A DNA stretch of 64,000 nt from contig CBDASK010000003.1 in assembly GCA_965199495.1 (NCBI GenBank), forward strand, positions 1,024,001 through 1,088,000, read 5' to 3'. How positions within the stretch are numbered: position 1 is the stretch's first letter; every line of letters begins with the position of its first letter. Below the pieces are notes generated by a model, which had not been told where the DNA came from, ran no database searches, and was given only the letters and a program-made list of their open reading frames with translations. Source of the DNA: Abditibacterium sp. Lineage in GTDB: Bacteria > Armatimonadota > Abditibacteriia > Abditibacteriales > Abditibacteriaceae. Below, piece by piece: positions 41,234 through 50,383 of this stretch. Made by a program: the position numbers and the translations under genes.

Positions 41234-41247
41234 ATTTATGTTGAGAG

Positions 41248-41341
41248 GCGAGAGGAGCGGGGCTGACGCACCCTTCCAATCTTGCATCTGTTCGAGGGAA
41301 GTTTGCCGATTGGAAGGGTGCGTCAGCCCCGCTCCTCTCGC
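41248..41341. repeat. REP-like palindrome, GGGGCTGACGC family
   Basis: GCGAGAGGAGCGGGGCTGACGCACCCTTCCAATC with its reverse complement; related copy at 45973. Confidence 0.9.
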
Positions 41342-41346
41342 TTTAT

Positions 41347-41814
41347 CTATTTTTGCCACGCCAAAACTTGCGCGGTGAGTTCTGGTAGCGAACCGACGAC
41401 TTGAACATCGGGCCGCTCTAATTCGAGTTGGATAATTACGTCTTCATAGCGCGCATAATCGGGTTGCGCGGCGACAAATAGCGGTTTGGGCTGGCCATTT
41501 TCGTCGCGCCAGTGCGCCCACGAACCCAGTTCGTAAAGCGAAATTAGGCACAACGCGCCCGCAGGAAACCAGAACGAAATCGCGCTCGAATTGCGCAAAC
41601 CGTCGTGTTCCCAGCGAATCTGTTCGCGCAAAGCCTGCGGGTCGAGCGCGTTATACGTTTCGCGGCGCGGGTTGAGCAACGTTAAATCGGTTTCGCGCAA
41701 ATCGTTGGCGAATTCGGTTTGCCAATCGGGCGCGCCAGTGATGGCGCCGGCGACGAACAGACTATTGTCGAATGCAGCCACGGGCACGAGTTCAGGTGGA
41801 CGATAGAGTTTCAT
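41347..41814 (-). CDS. Nucleoside 2-deoxyribosyltransferase-like protein
   Basis: LFVAGAI...DWQ...LNPRR...EQIRWE...FWFP...ISLYELG. Confidence 0.88.
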   Translation of the reverse strand: MKLYRPPELVPVAAFDNSLFVAGAITGAPDWQTEFANDLRETDLTLLNPRRETYNALDPQALREQIRWEHDGLRNSSAISFWFPAGALCLISLYELGSWAHWRDENGQPKPLFVAAQPDYARYEDVIIQLELERPDVQVVGSLPELTAQVLAWQK

Positions 41815-41823
41815 GGTTTTTAT

Positions 41824-41948
41824 TTCACACAAAGAACACCAAGTTCTCACAAAAGACACAAAGAGGTTGAAGAGAATTTACTTCGATGTTTTATGCGTGC
41901 TTCCTTCTCTTTGTGTTCTTGGTGAGAACTTGGTGTTCTTTGTGTGAA
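41824..41948. repeat. Inverted repeat (CACACAAAG type)
   Basis: TTCACACAAAGAACACCAAGTTCTCAC / GTGAGAACTTGGTGTTCTTTGTGTGAA. Confidence 0.85.
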
Positions 41949-41954
41949 CCCCTT

Positions 41955-43346
41955 TTACAATCTCTTAAAAACCGCCATTTGCGACGGCGCGCCCCAATTC
42001 TCATCTTCCGGCCCCAACGGACGAACTTCGACTTGGTAACCGTAATCCACAGCCACGCGCCCGGCCCAATCCGCGAATTCGGCGCGATCCCACTCGAAGC
42101 GATGATCGCCGTGACGCATTTTTCCGGCGGGCAAAGATTCCCAGTGCGCGTTATATTCGCGATTGGGCGTGGTCAAAACTATGGTTTGCGGGCGCGCCCA
42201 TTCCCACACCGCGCGCTCGAACGCGGGCAAACGCGCCGCATCGAGATGTTCGACGACTTCGACCAGAGCCGCCGCATCGAAATTTTTCAGGCGGTCGTCA
42301 CGATACGTTAAAGCGCCGTGCAGTAAAGTCAAGCGTTCGCGTTTGAGCGGCGCCATGCGTTCGAGGTGCAGCTTATCCGCAGCCACGTCGAGCGCGCGGT
42401 GGCTGGCGTCCACGCCAATAATGCGCTCGAACTGCTTTTCGTCTAACAATCCGCGCAGCAATCGGCCTTCGCCGCAACCCAAATCCAGCACGCTTTTCGC
42501 GCCCGATTTTTTCAGTTCGTCCAACACGGCGTCCAGCCGAATTTGGTGTAGCGACACGGCTTTTTCGGTCGGCGCGTCGGCTTCATCGGGCGCATCGGTT
42601 TCGTCGGCGGTTTCGGGCGCCAAACGCGCCAATCGTTCCAGCGCCGAATTAATCAATTTGCGCTGGCGCTTGAGATAACGCGCCGCGATAACTTCGCGCA
42701 TCGGATGATTTTCCAGCCAACCGGCGCCGCGCTTGAGCAATTTTTCGACCTCGTCTTCGCCGATAAAATAATGTTTGGAGTCGTCCAAAACCGGCAGCAA
42801 AACATACAAATGAGCCAGCAAATCGCTGAGCTTTACGTTGCCGCGCAAAGCCAACGACGCGCACGGCGCCGCGCCCCAATCGAATTTCGGATCGAGAACG
42901 GGAATCTCCAATTCGACGGTATAGCCCAACGGCTCGAACAAATTGCGCACGAAAGAGCCGTCGCCCGAACAGGGAATCGCGTCCACGCACGCAACTAAAT
43001 CGAGAACGGTTTGAGCGAGTTCGGGCTTTTCTTTCGATTGGCCGCCCAGCGCCGAACGCAAAACCTGCGCGATGGCGACGCTGGCGAACGAACCAGCCAC
43101 GTAGGGCCGGTCGTTGACGTATTGCGCCAAGGGGCCGCTATCATTTTTGTTTTTGCCGCGCACCAGCGCAATCGGATCAACTTCCAACAATAGGGCGAAA
43201 TCGCACTGATTTTCGGTCGCGACCGGATAAAACGCGTGCGCGCGCCCAAACGATAAATCGAACGATTGAGCTTTATCGGGATTTTTGGCGAGCAGATAAC
43301 CGATGTCGGTCGCGGGCGAGTGCGTCGTCGAAATTTGCAGCAACAT
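41955..43346 (-). CDS. hen1: Bacterial Hen1 3'-terminal RNA ribose 2'-O-methyltransferase
   Basis: MLLQISTT..PATDIGYLL, QYVNDRPY, LPVLDDSKHY, LDLGCGEG, EVVEH, TTPN and RHGDHRFEW. Confidence 0.96.
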   Translation of the reverse strand: MLLQISTTHSPATDIGYLLAKNPDKAQSFDLSFGRAHAFYPVATENQCDFALLLEVDPIALVRGKNKNDSGPLAQYVNDRPYVAGSFASVAIAQVLRSALGGQSKEKPELAQTVLDLVACVDAIPCSGDGSFVRNLFEPLGYTVELEIPVLDPKFDWGAAPCASLALRGNVKLSDLLAHLYVLLPVLDDSKHYFIGEDEVEKLLKRGAGWLENHPMREVIAARYLKRQRKLINSALERLARLAPETADETDAPDEADAPTEKAVSLHQIRLDAVLDELKKSGAKSVLDLGCGEGRLLRGLLDEKQFERIIGVDASHRALDVAADKLHLERMAPLKRERLTLLHGALTYRDDRLKNFDAAALVEVVEHLDAARLPAFERAVWEWARPQTIVLTTPNREYNAHWESLPAGKMRHGDHRFEWDRAEFADWAGRVAVDYGYQVEVRPLGPEDENWGAPSQMAVFKRL

Positions 43347-43382
43347 TGGAAGCACAGTTTGAACGATAACGCGAACCAACGC

Positions 43383-43508
43383 TTTTAATTTCACGCAGAG
43401 AGGGAGAGAGAATGAAGAACACTTAAAACTAAAGAAATTGTTACTCTCTTTATTTTTTGGTTTTTCTTCATTCTCTCTGCCTCTCTGCGTCTCTGCGTGA
43501 AATTAAAA
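43383..43508. repeat. Inverted repeat (CACGCAGAG type)
   Basis: TTTTAATTTCACGCAGAG...CTCTGCGTGAAATTAAAA. Confidence 0.8.
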
Positions 43509-43574
43509 AGTAAGCAACTCTCGAAACTAAGCAACGCCCGTCTACCGAATTCTGTCTCCTGTATTCACTTCAAA

Positions 43575-45074
43575 ATGGCTCACGACATTCCTTCGTTTCT
43601 GCGCGAAATCGAGAAAATTAATCAACTCCAAAAAATAGACGCGCCGGTTTCGCTCGACCTCGAAATCAGCGAAATCGCCGACCGCGTGATCAAAAAAGCT
43701 GGCCCCGCGCTTTTATTTCGTAACGTGAAAGAAAACCCCGACGTGCCGGTGGCTATTGGTTTGTTCGGCTCGCACGAACGATTGGCGCTGGCGCTGCACG
43801 ATTCGCCGCAAAATATCGCCGGGCGCATCACGGATTTAATTTCGACGCGTCCGCCCAATTCGCTGGTCGGCATGGCGAAAATGGGTTTACAAATGTTGCC
43901 GACGATTTCGAGTCTGGGCGTCAAGCGCGGCAAATCTGGCCCGGTGAAAGAAGTGATAATGAAGGGCGACGACGTGGATTTATCGAAAATTCCGGTTTTG
44001 AAATGTTGGCCCGACGATGGCGGGCCGTTCATCACTTTGCCGATGGTTTTCACGCATAATCCTAATAATGGGCGGCGCAACGTCGGGATGTATCGCGTGC
44101 AGATTTACGATAAAAATACGACGGGAATGCACTGGCAAACCCACAAAGTCGCCGCACAGCACGCGCGCGATGCCGCCGCCAAAGGTCAAAATATCGAGGC
44201 GGCGGTTTGTCTGGGCGGCGATCCATGTTTGCCGTTTTGCGCTCTGGCGCCTTTGCCCGAAGAGATTGACGAAATGCTCTTCGCCGGATTTTTGCGCGGC
44301 AAACCGGTCGAATTGGTTCAATGCGAAACCATTGATGTGCAAGTGCCCGCCGATTGCGAATACGTCATTGAGGGATTTTTAACGCCCGGCGAATTGCGGC
44401 CCGAAGGCCCGTTTGGCGATCATACCGGCTATTACACGCCCATCGAGCCATATCCGGTTTTTCATGTGACCTGCGTGACGCAACGGAAAAAGCCGATTTA
44501 TCCGGCGACAATCGTCGGAATTCCGCCGATGGAAGACGGTTATCTCGGCAAAGCTGTCGGCACGATCTTTCTGCCTTTAATCAAAACGCAGGTGCCCGAA
44601 ATCGTGGATATGCACTTGCCCGTCGAAGCGACGTTTCATAATTTGGCTTTGGTCTCGATTAACAAACGCTATCCAAATCACTCTTATAAAGTGATGCACG
44701 CCTTATGGGGTCTGGGCCAATTGATGTTCTCGAAGATGATTATCGTGTTCGACGACGATGTGAACGTGCATAATCTAAGCGAAGTCATCTGGCGATTGAG
44801 CAATAATATTGATCCGGCGCGCGATGTTCAAATCGTGAAAGGCCCGGTGGATTCGCTCAATCACGCGGCGCCCCTCGTCGGGTTCGGCAGCAAAATCGGC
44901 ATTGACGCGACCAAGAAATGGTCGAGCGAAGGCCACGCGCGCGAATGGCCCGATGTCGTCAAGATGAATGCAGCCACGGCGGCGCGCGTGGACGAAATGT
45001 GGAGCAAACTGGGGCTGGGCGAGAATCCCGGCAGCCCGTCCAAAGACGGGCATATCGTGGGGCCGATGCCGTGA
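43575..45074 (+). CDS. UbiD-family decarboxylase (futalosine menaquinone-pathway type)
   Basis: CWPDDGGPFITLP, RNVGMYR, EGPFGDHTGYY and GSKIGIDAT; adjacent to menG. Confidence 0.92.
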   Translation: MAHDIPSFLREIEKINQLQKIDAPVSLDLEISEIADRVIKKAGPALLFRNVKENPDVPVAIGLFGSHERLALALHDSPQNIAGRITDLISTRPPNSLVGMAKMGLQMLPTISSLGVKRGKSGPVKEVIMKGDDVDLSKIPVLKCWPDDGGPFITLPMVFTHNPNNGRRNVGMYRVQIYDKNTTGMHWQTHKVAAQHARDAAAKGQNIEAAVCLGGDPCLPFCALAPLPEEIDEMLFAGFLRGKPVELVQCETIDVQVPADCEYVIEGFLTPGELRPEGPFGDHTGYYTPIEPYPVFHVTCVTQRKKPIYPATIVGIPPMEDGYLGKAVGTIFLPLIKTQVPEIVDMHLPVEATFHNLALVSINKRYPNHSYKVMHALWGLGQLMFSKMIIVFDDDVNVHNLSEVIWRLSNNIDPARDVQIVKGPVDSLNHAAPLVGFGSKIGIDATKKWSSEGHAREWPDVVKMNAATAARVDEMWSKLGLGENPGSPSKDGHIVGPMP

Positions 45075-45267
45075 GTAGCTAACGCGCACGTTTATCCCTC
45101 ACCCGGACTCGCAAAGCTCGCCCACCCTCTCCCAGAGGGAGAAGGTTAATCGGACAAAACTTCCAAGAAAGCTCTTTATAGCGATAGTGCAAATAACCTT
45201 CTCCCTCTGGGAGAGGGTGGGCGAGCTTTGCGAGTCCGGGTGAGGGATAAACGTGCGCGTTAGCTAC
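45075..45267. repeat. Perfect ~75 bp-arm palindrome (CCCTCACCC...CCCTCTCCC family)
   Basis: GTAGCTAACGCGCACGTTTATCCCTCACCCGG...CCCTCTCCCAGAGGGAGAAGGTTA with its reverse complement. Confidence 0.92.
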
Positions 45268-45282
45268 GAAAATTTCAATCTC

Positions 45283-45963
45283 ATGCTCGATAAATCCACC
45301 GCCGCCGTTTCGCAGATGTTTTCCGACATCGCGCCGACTTACGACTTTTTGAATCACCTGTTATGCGCCAATCAAGACCGACGTTGGCGCCGCCGTGCCG
45401 CATCGCGTTTGTGTCCGCGCGCCGATGAAATCGTTCTGGATTTATGTTGCGGCAGCGGCGATTTGACGCGCGAAATTCAATCGCAGCAGCCGCGTTGTCG
45501 CGTTGTGGGCGCCGACTTCGCCCTGCCGATGTTGCAAATCGCGCAGACCAAAAATTTGCCCGCGCTCACCTGTGCCGACGCGCTCCATATGCCGTTTCGC
45601 GACGCGCATTTCGACGCGGTATCGGTGGCGTTTGGCGTGCGCAACTTCACCGATACGCGCGCTGGACTGGAAGAAATGTTTCGCGTGACCAAACCGGGCG
45701 GGCGCGTTTTGATTTTAGAATTCATGCGCCCAACATCGAACATCCTCGCGCGCGGCGCGGGCGCATCCAACTTCGTGTTGGCGCCAATTGGTCGCGCGAT
45801 TTCGGGGCACGAATCGGCCTATAGTTACCTGCCGCAATCCATTGACGGCTTTTACTCGCGGCGCGAGTTCGAGACGCGACTGCGCGAAATCGGCTGGACG
45901 AACGTGCGCTCATTCGATCACGCGCTGGGCGTGGCGACTTCGTTTGTCGGGGTGAAAGGTTGA
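45283..45963 (+). CDS. menG: Demethylmenaquinone methyltransferase (UbiE/MenG)
   Basis: MFSDIAPTYDFLNH, LDLCCGSGD, AFGVRN and RVTKPGG. Confidence 0.88.
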   Translation: MLDKSTAAVSQMFSDIAPTYDFLNHLLCANQDRRWRRRAASRLCPRADEIVLDLCCGSGDLTREIQSQQPRCRVVGADFALPMLQIAQTKNLPALTCADALHMPFRDAHFDAVSVAFGVRNFTDTRAGLEEMFRVTKPGGRVLILEFMRPTSNILARGAGASNFVLAPIGRAISGHESAYSYLPQSIDGFYSRREFETRLREIGWTNVRSFDHALGVATSFVGVKG

Positions 45964-45972
45964 AATTCTTTC

Positions 45973-46051
45973 GCGGCGGGGCTGACGCCCTCTTCCAATC
46001 GGCGAACTTTGGATGAATACCCGCCGATTGGAAGGGTGCGTCAGCCCCGCC
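45973..46051. repeat. REP-like palindrome, GGGGCTGACGC family
   Basis: GCGGGGCTGACGCCCTCTTCCAATCGG ... CCGATTGGAAGGGTGCGTCAGCCCCGC. Confidence 0.85.
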
Positions 46052-46154
46052 AACTTCAGAGTTCGTTCGCCGTATCTCGTTTGGTCAAGAACATCGCGCT
46101 AACGCGCGATGTTCCCGAAAAGCGGGCAAACTGTGGGGCGAGTGCGTTTCGCTT

Positions 46155-48095
46155 ATGCCCACCGTTTTACCCACATCGAGTTCCGTTAAGGCCGCTGGCC
46201 CCGGCTGGGAAGTCGCCGATTCGTCGCTGATTCGGCGGCGCGCGTTTTATTCGCTTTTGGTGCTGGCCCTCGCGTTTTCCGCGCTTTTGATGCGGCTCTA
46301 TTATCTGCAAGTCGTCAGCGGCAATAATTTCGTCGCCCGCGCCCAGACCAACCGCTTGCGCGCGGTCAGCATATCCGCGCCGCGCGGTCTTATCACCGAC
46401 CGCACTGGCGTGATTTTGGCGACTTCGCGACCGGTTCACGACATCTCCATCGTGCCGGGGCTTTTGCCGAGCGGACGCAGCCAGCGCGAAGAGCGCGCGC
46501 GCGTCATTGGCAATTTGGCGACGTTGCTCAATATCGATCCGAACTCTATCGAGCCGCAAATCACCGAGGCGCTCAAGCGACAGGGGCGGCTCGACGCCGT
46601 GCCGATTGCGACCGATGTTTCGCTGGCGACCATCGAGCGCATCGAAGAAAATCGCGCCGAACTGGGCGCGGGCGTTTTGGTGACTAACGATCTGCGCCGC
46701 TTCTATCCGCAGGGCGCACTCGCCGGGCACATTCTGGGTTATAGCGGCATCGTCAACGAGCGCGATATGGAGCGCGCCAAAGCCGCCAAAGAAACGCTGG
46801 GTGCAACCGATCGCGTCGGCAAAAGCGGCATCGAGCGCGAATATAATACGTTGCTCAAAGGCGAACCGGGCGCGCAAGTTTTCGAGGTAGACGCCGCCAA
46901 TCACCCGCTTGGCGAGCGAGCGCCCGTCCCATTTCATCCGGGCGAAACGCTGCAACTGACGCTCGATATGAAGTTGCAGCGCGCCGCCGAAGACGCCCTC
47001 GCTAAAGCCAAAAACAATGGCGCTTTGGTCGCGGTTGACCCGCGCAACGGCGAAGTTTTGGCGATGGCTTCGCGGCCCAATTTCGATCCCAACATCTTCG
47101 AGTTGCCGCGCGCGCAGTTCAGCGCGGCCTATCGCAAACTCATAGCCACGCCGGGGCACCCGCTCCTCAATCGCGCGGCGACTTCGCGCTTTCCGCCCGG
47201 CTCAACCTTCAAAATGATCAGCGCCGCCGCCGGTTTGCAAAAGGGCGTGATTGACCCGAACTGGACGGTGACCTGCAACGGCGGCATCAACATCGGACGG
47301 CACTTCGGTTGCTGGAAAGTTCACGGGCGCGGCGTCAATCTCGCGCGCGCCATCGCCGAATCGTGCGACGTTTATTTTTACGAGATGAGCCTGCGTCTGG
47401 GCGATTCGCAGAGCAGCGGCCCGACCTATTTGGCGCAAACGGCACGCAAATTTGGGTTGGGCAGCGATACCGGCATTGATCTGCCCTCGGACGAAGCGGG
47501 CCTGATTCCCGACCCGGCGTGGCTGGCTCGCGTCAACGCCAAACATCCGCAATACGCGCAGTGGATGCCGGGCAATACGCTTAACATGAGCATCGGTCAG
47601 GGCGACGTTTTGGCGACGCCCCTGCAAATGGCCCTCGCGACCGCCGCCGTGGCGAATGGCGGCACATTATGGAAACCGCATCTGCTGCGCAAATCGCAGA
47701 AAGACGCGCAAAGCGGCCCAGTTTTGACAACACCCGAAGGCCATGACATCGGCATCGCGCCGCGCAACTTGGCGATTATCCGCGCGGGACTGCGCCGCAC
47801 CGTGACGATGGGCACCGGCAAACCGGCGGCGATGACCAACGTCGAAGTCGCGGGCAAAACCGGCAGCGCCGAAGACGCCAACAACGCCCTACCACATTCG
47901 TGGTGGATCTGTTTCGCGCCCTACGACAAGCCGACAATCGCCATCGCGGTGATGATCGAGAATTCGGGCCACGGATCGGAAAACGCCCTGCCCGTTGCGC
48001 GCGCCGTTTTGGAAGCGCGCTTTCCGTTGCCCGCGCCTCAACCGCAGAAAACTCCGGTGATCCTCAAATCGCGCCGCCAACAATCGCGCAATTGA
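46155..48095 (+). CDS. mrdA: Penicillin-binding protein 2
   Basis: APRGLITDR, RFYPQG, PGSTFK (SxxK), SCD (SxN-equivalent) and KTGS. Confidence 0.92.
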   Translation: MPTVLPTSSSVKAAGPGWEVADSSLIRRRAFYSLLVLALAFSALLMRLYYLQVVSGNNFVARAQTNRLRAVSISAPRGLITDRTGVILATSRPVHDISIVPGLLPSGRSQREERARVIGNLATLLNIDPNSIEPQITEALKRQGRLDAVPIATDVSLATIERIEENRAELGAGVLVTNDLRRFYPQGALAGHILGYSGIVNERDMERAKAAKETLGATDRVGKSGIEREYNTLLKGEPGAQVFEVDAANHPLGERAPVPFHPGETLQLTLDMKLQRAAEDALAKAKNNGALVAVDPRNGEVLAMASRPNFDPNIFELPRAQFSAAYRKLIATPGHPLLNRAATSRFPPGSTFKMISAAAGLQKGVIDPNWTVTCNGGINIGRHFGCWKVHGRGVNLARAIAESCDVYFYEMSLRLGDSQSSGPTYLAQTARKFGLGSDTGIDLPSDEAGLIPDPAWLARVNAKHPQYAQWMPGNTLNMSIGQGDVLATPLQMALATAAVANGGTLWKPHLLRKSQKDAQSGPVLTTPEGHDIGIAPRNLAIIRAGLRRTVTMGTGKPAAMTNVEVAGKTGSAEDANNALPHSWWICFAPYDKPTIAIAVMIENSGHGSENALPVARAVLEARFPLPAPQPQKTPVILKSRRQQSRN

Positions 48096-48114
48096 CGTTC
48101 TGTGAACCCGAAAT

Positions 48115-50274
48115 TTATTTCTCCTGCGCCACGCGCGTGATGGGCGCGAATTTGAGAGTTTCGACGCGTCCCGTTGGGCGCGTTTCCGCCGCCGAAAGCC
48201 ACACTTCCAATTGTTTGGCGTTCTCGGTGGGCGCATTGAACAAAAAAGTGATGAATCCCGGCGCGCCGTTCGTGTTTTGCGTGGCATCGCCCGCGATCCA
48301 ACGCTCATCGTGGGGCGGTTCTATGCTGAGAATCGCGCCGCTATTGTCGGCGGCTGTCGCGCGAAACTCGCCGGTTGTGGCGCCCGGTGTACCATCCGGT
48401 GCGGCGTTTAAAATGGGCGCGAACCGCACCACCATCGCCAGTCCCGGCCCCGGCACGGCCTCACGCCACGAAGCGGGCGCGCCGGACAATTCGGCAGCGT
48501 CAGTAAACCTCATTAACCGCACGATTTGGAAAAAATCGCGTTGTCCAAGCGCGCCCGTTTCGCCCTGCAACTCGCCCTTATCGCCGAGTTTTGGCAAGGC
48601 CAATTCGCCGTTCCAGCGATGCTCCACGCGCCGCAATTCTTCGACGGTGGCCTCGACTTGCACGCTCGACGGCGGCGGTTCGGGCAGTCGCACTTCGGCG
48701 CGGTCGCTCCGTTCGCCGCGATCAGCCACGTCGCCGTTGGCCTTGAGATAATGTGGCTCGTCGGGCCAATAATCCAAGCGCACCGGCAAGGCTTTGGCGC
48801 CGTCGCTGACTTTGAGTTCGCGCAATTTCCAAACGCGCTCGCGCGCCTCGTCCAGAGGTGCCATCCAAAAACGCCATTCCTGCTGGCCGCTCCATTCGGA
48901 GAACGTCGTTTCGATTTGAGCGGCGACGCTTGCGCCGCGCGCGCTGGCAACAATTGCGCCTCCAAAATCTACCGGCGAACCGCTCCAACTCAGGCGCGTC
49001 AAATCACCTTTGCCAAAAGCGCGCTCGTATAACTGGCGCGGCGAAAGGGTGAAGCGAAAGTGGTGCATCCATTTTGGATCGGCCAAGTCGGGCGCGCGCT
49101 CCACGCACACAAATGTCAGCGCGATGCGTTTGGCGCCAGCAGGCGGGCGCCCGGAATTGGTCTGCTCGATTGTCATGGTGGGCGCGCCATCGTTGTTTGC
49201 GCCGCCAGCCCTTAGAAAACTAACGTGGCCCGTTTCGTCTTCGATTTGGCGCGGCAACAACTCGAATTTGTCGCGCGTCGAATCCGCCGCAGGTTGCACG
49301 CGGAACTTGCAGCGCGTGAGTTCGCCCTCGACTTGAAGCGAATCAAGCGTGATGCGCGTGCCCAACTGCGTTTTTAAAGTTTGGCCAACCGGGAGGATTT
49401 GGCCTTTCTCATCGAACGCGATGTCCTTCCATTGCAACACCGAACGCACCGTCCCATCGGCGCCTTCGGGCGCCAAAGGGTCGAGCGCGTCCACGGCAAT
49501 CGTCATTTTTTCCCAATCGGGACTCACGTTTTCGCTGGTGGCGCGCATCAGATGATTGTCGCCAGTCACGTAGAATTGAGCGATATCTCGATCCAAGACC
49601 TGCGCGCGCGCGTTCAATTCGGCCAGCGATGAACGCAGTCCGTAAGTGGCGGCGCGGCGCGGCGGCGGCCCCGAAAACTCCCACCACACGCCAAAAATTG
49701 GCGCTTTGTTGGTCGCCTCCTCGCCCGCGATTTGCGGGCGAGGGAACCATCCGGCCTGAATCACGCGCAGCGAGAGCGCGCCTTGTTGTTCTTGCCACAA
49801 AGCCGGGGTTTCGGGCGCGGACGCGAACGCATTCGCGTCGGGCACATCGGGAGAATCATCGGGCAAAACCACCGCACGCGCCGCCCCATCCGAGCCTTTG
49901 GGCCGCAGAATTTCCACCGTTTGCCCGACCCGAATCGAACCGAAACCGCGCCATTGCCCGTCGCGCGTCACCACAATCGTGCGCTCATTCAACGGATAAG
50001 GCACGCCAGTTTCGTCCGCGTCAACGGGCGCCAACATCAATTTCCAAACTTCCGACGCGCCATTGGAAACATTATTGGTAGCGTCTTGCCGGGCGAACTG
50101 GGTGACACGGCCTCGCACAACTTCGTCACCCGGTTCGGGCAAAGCTGTGAAGCCTGTGAACGCAAGAGGTGGCGGCGGATCGGCAGCGATTGCGCGAACG
50201 GTTGGGCCAAGCGCGGGTGCGCTCGCGCTCAGCAGAATGAAACACGCGCGCACAAGGGAGGAAATCGAGGGCAT
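48115..50274 (-). CDS. Large secreted hypothetical protein
   Basis: Long ORF with a signal-like N-terminus, co-oriented with the FecR/CHASE2 genes. Confidence 0.6.
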   Translation of the reverse strand: MPSISSLVRACFILLSASAPALGPTVRAIAADPPPPLAFTGFTALPEPGDEVVRGRVTQFARQDATNNVSNGASEVWKLMLAPVDADETGVPYPLNERTIVVTRDGQWRGFGSIRVGQTVEILRPKGSDGAARAVVLPDDSPDVPDANAFASAPETPALWQEQQGALSLRVIQAGWFPRPQIAGEEATNKAPIFGVWWEFSGPPPRRAATYGLRSSLAELNARAQVLDRDIAQFYVTGDNHLMRATSENVSPDWEKMTIAVDALDPLAPEGADGTVRSVLQWKDIAFDEKGQILPVGQTLKTQLGTRITLDSLQVEGELTRCKFRVQPAADSTRDKFELLPRQIEDETGHVSFLRAGGANNDGAPTMTIEQTNSGRPPAGAKRIALTFVCVERAPDLADPKWMHHFRFTLSPRQLYERAFGKGDLTRLSWSGSPVDFGGAIVASARGASVAAQIETTFSEWSGQQEWRFWMAPLDEARERVWKLRELKVSDGAKALPVRLDYWPDEPHYLKANGDVADRGERSDRAEVRLPEPPPSSVQVEATVEELRRVEHRWNGELALPKLGDKGELQGETGALGQRDFFQIVRLMRFTDAAELSGAPASWREAVPGPGLAMVVRFAPILNAAPDGTPGATTGEFRATAADNSGAILSIEPPHDERWIAGDATQNTNGAPGFITFLFNAPTENAKQLEVWLSAAETRPTGRVETLKFAPITRVAQEK

Positions 50275-50383
50275 GAACGCAGTTTGCGTGTTCGTCCGAG
50301 CGCGCGCTACTTGGTGATAAGTCAAGCGGCACGCGCTTCACGAAAGAGGCATCAGTTCCATTTCCCTTGAATTAAGCGCCCAA

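Noticed and set aside
41234..41359. N-terminal extension of the nucleotidyltransferase ORF
   Set aside because: It reads through a REP palindrome; the recognisable domain starts at about 41233.
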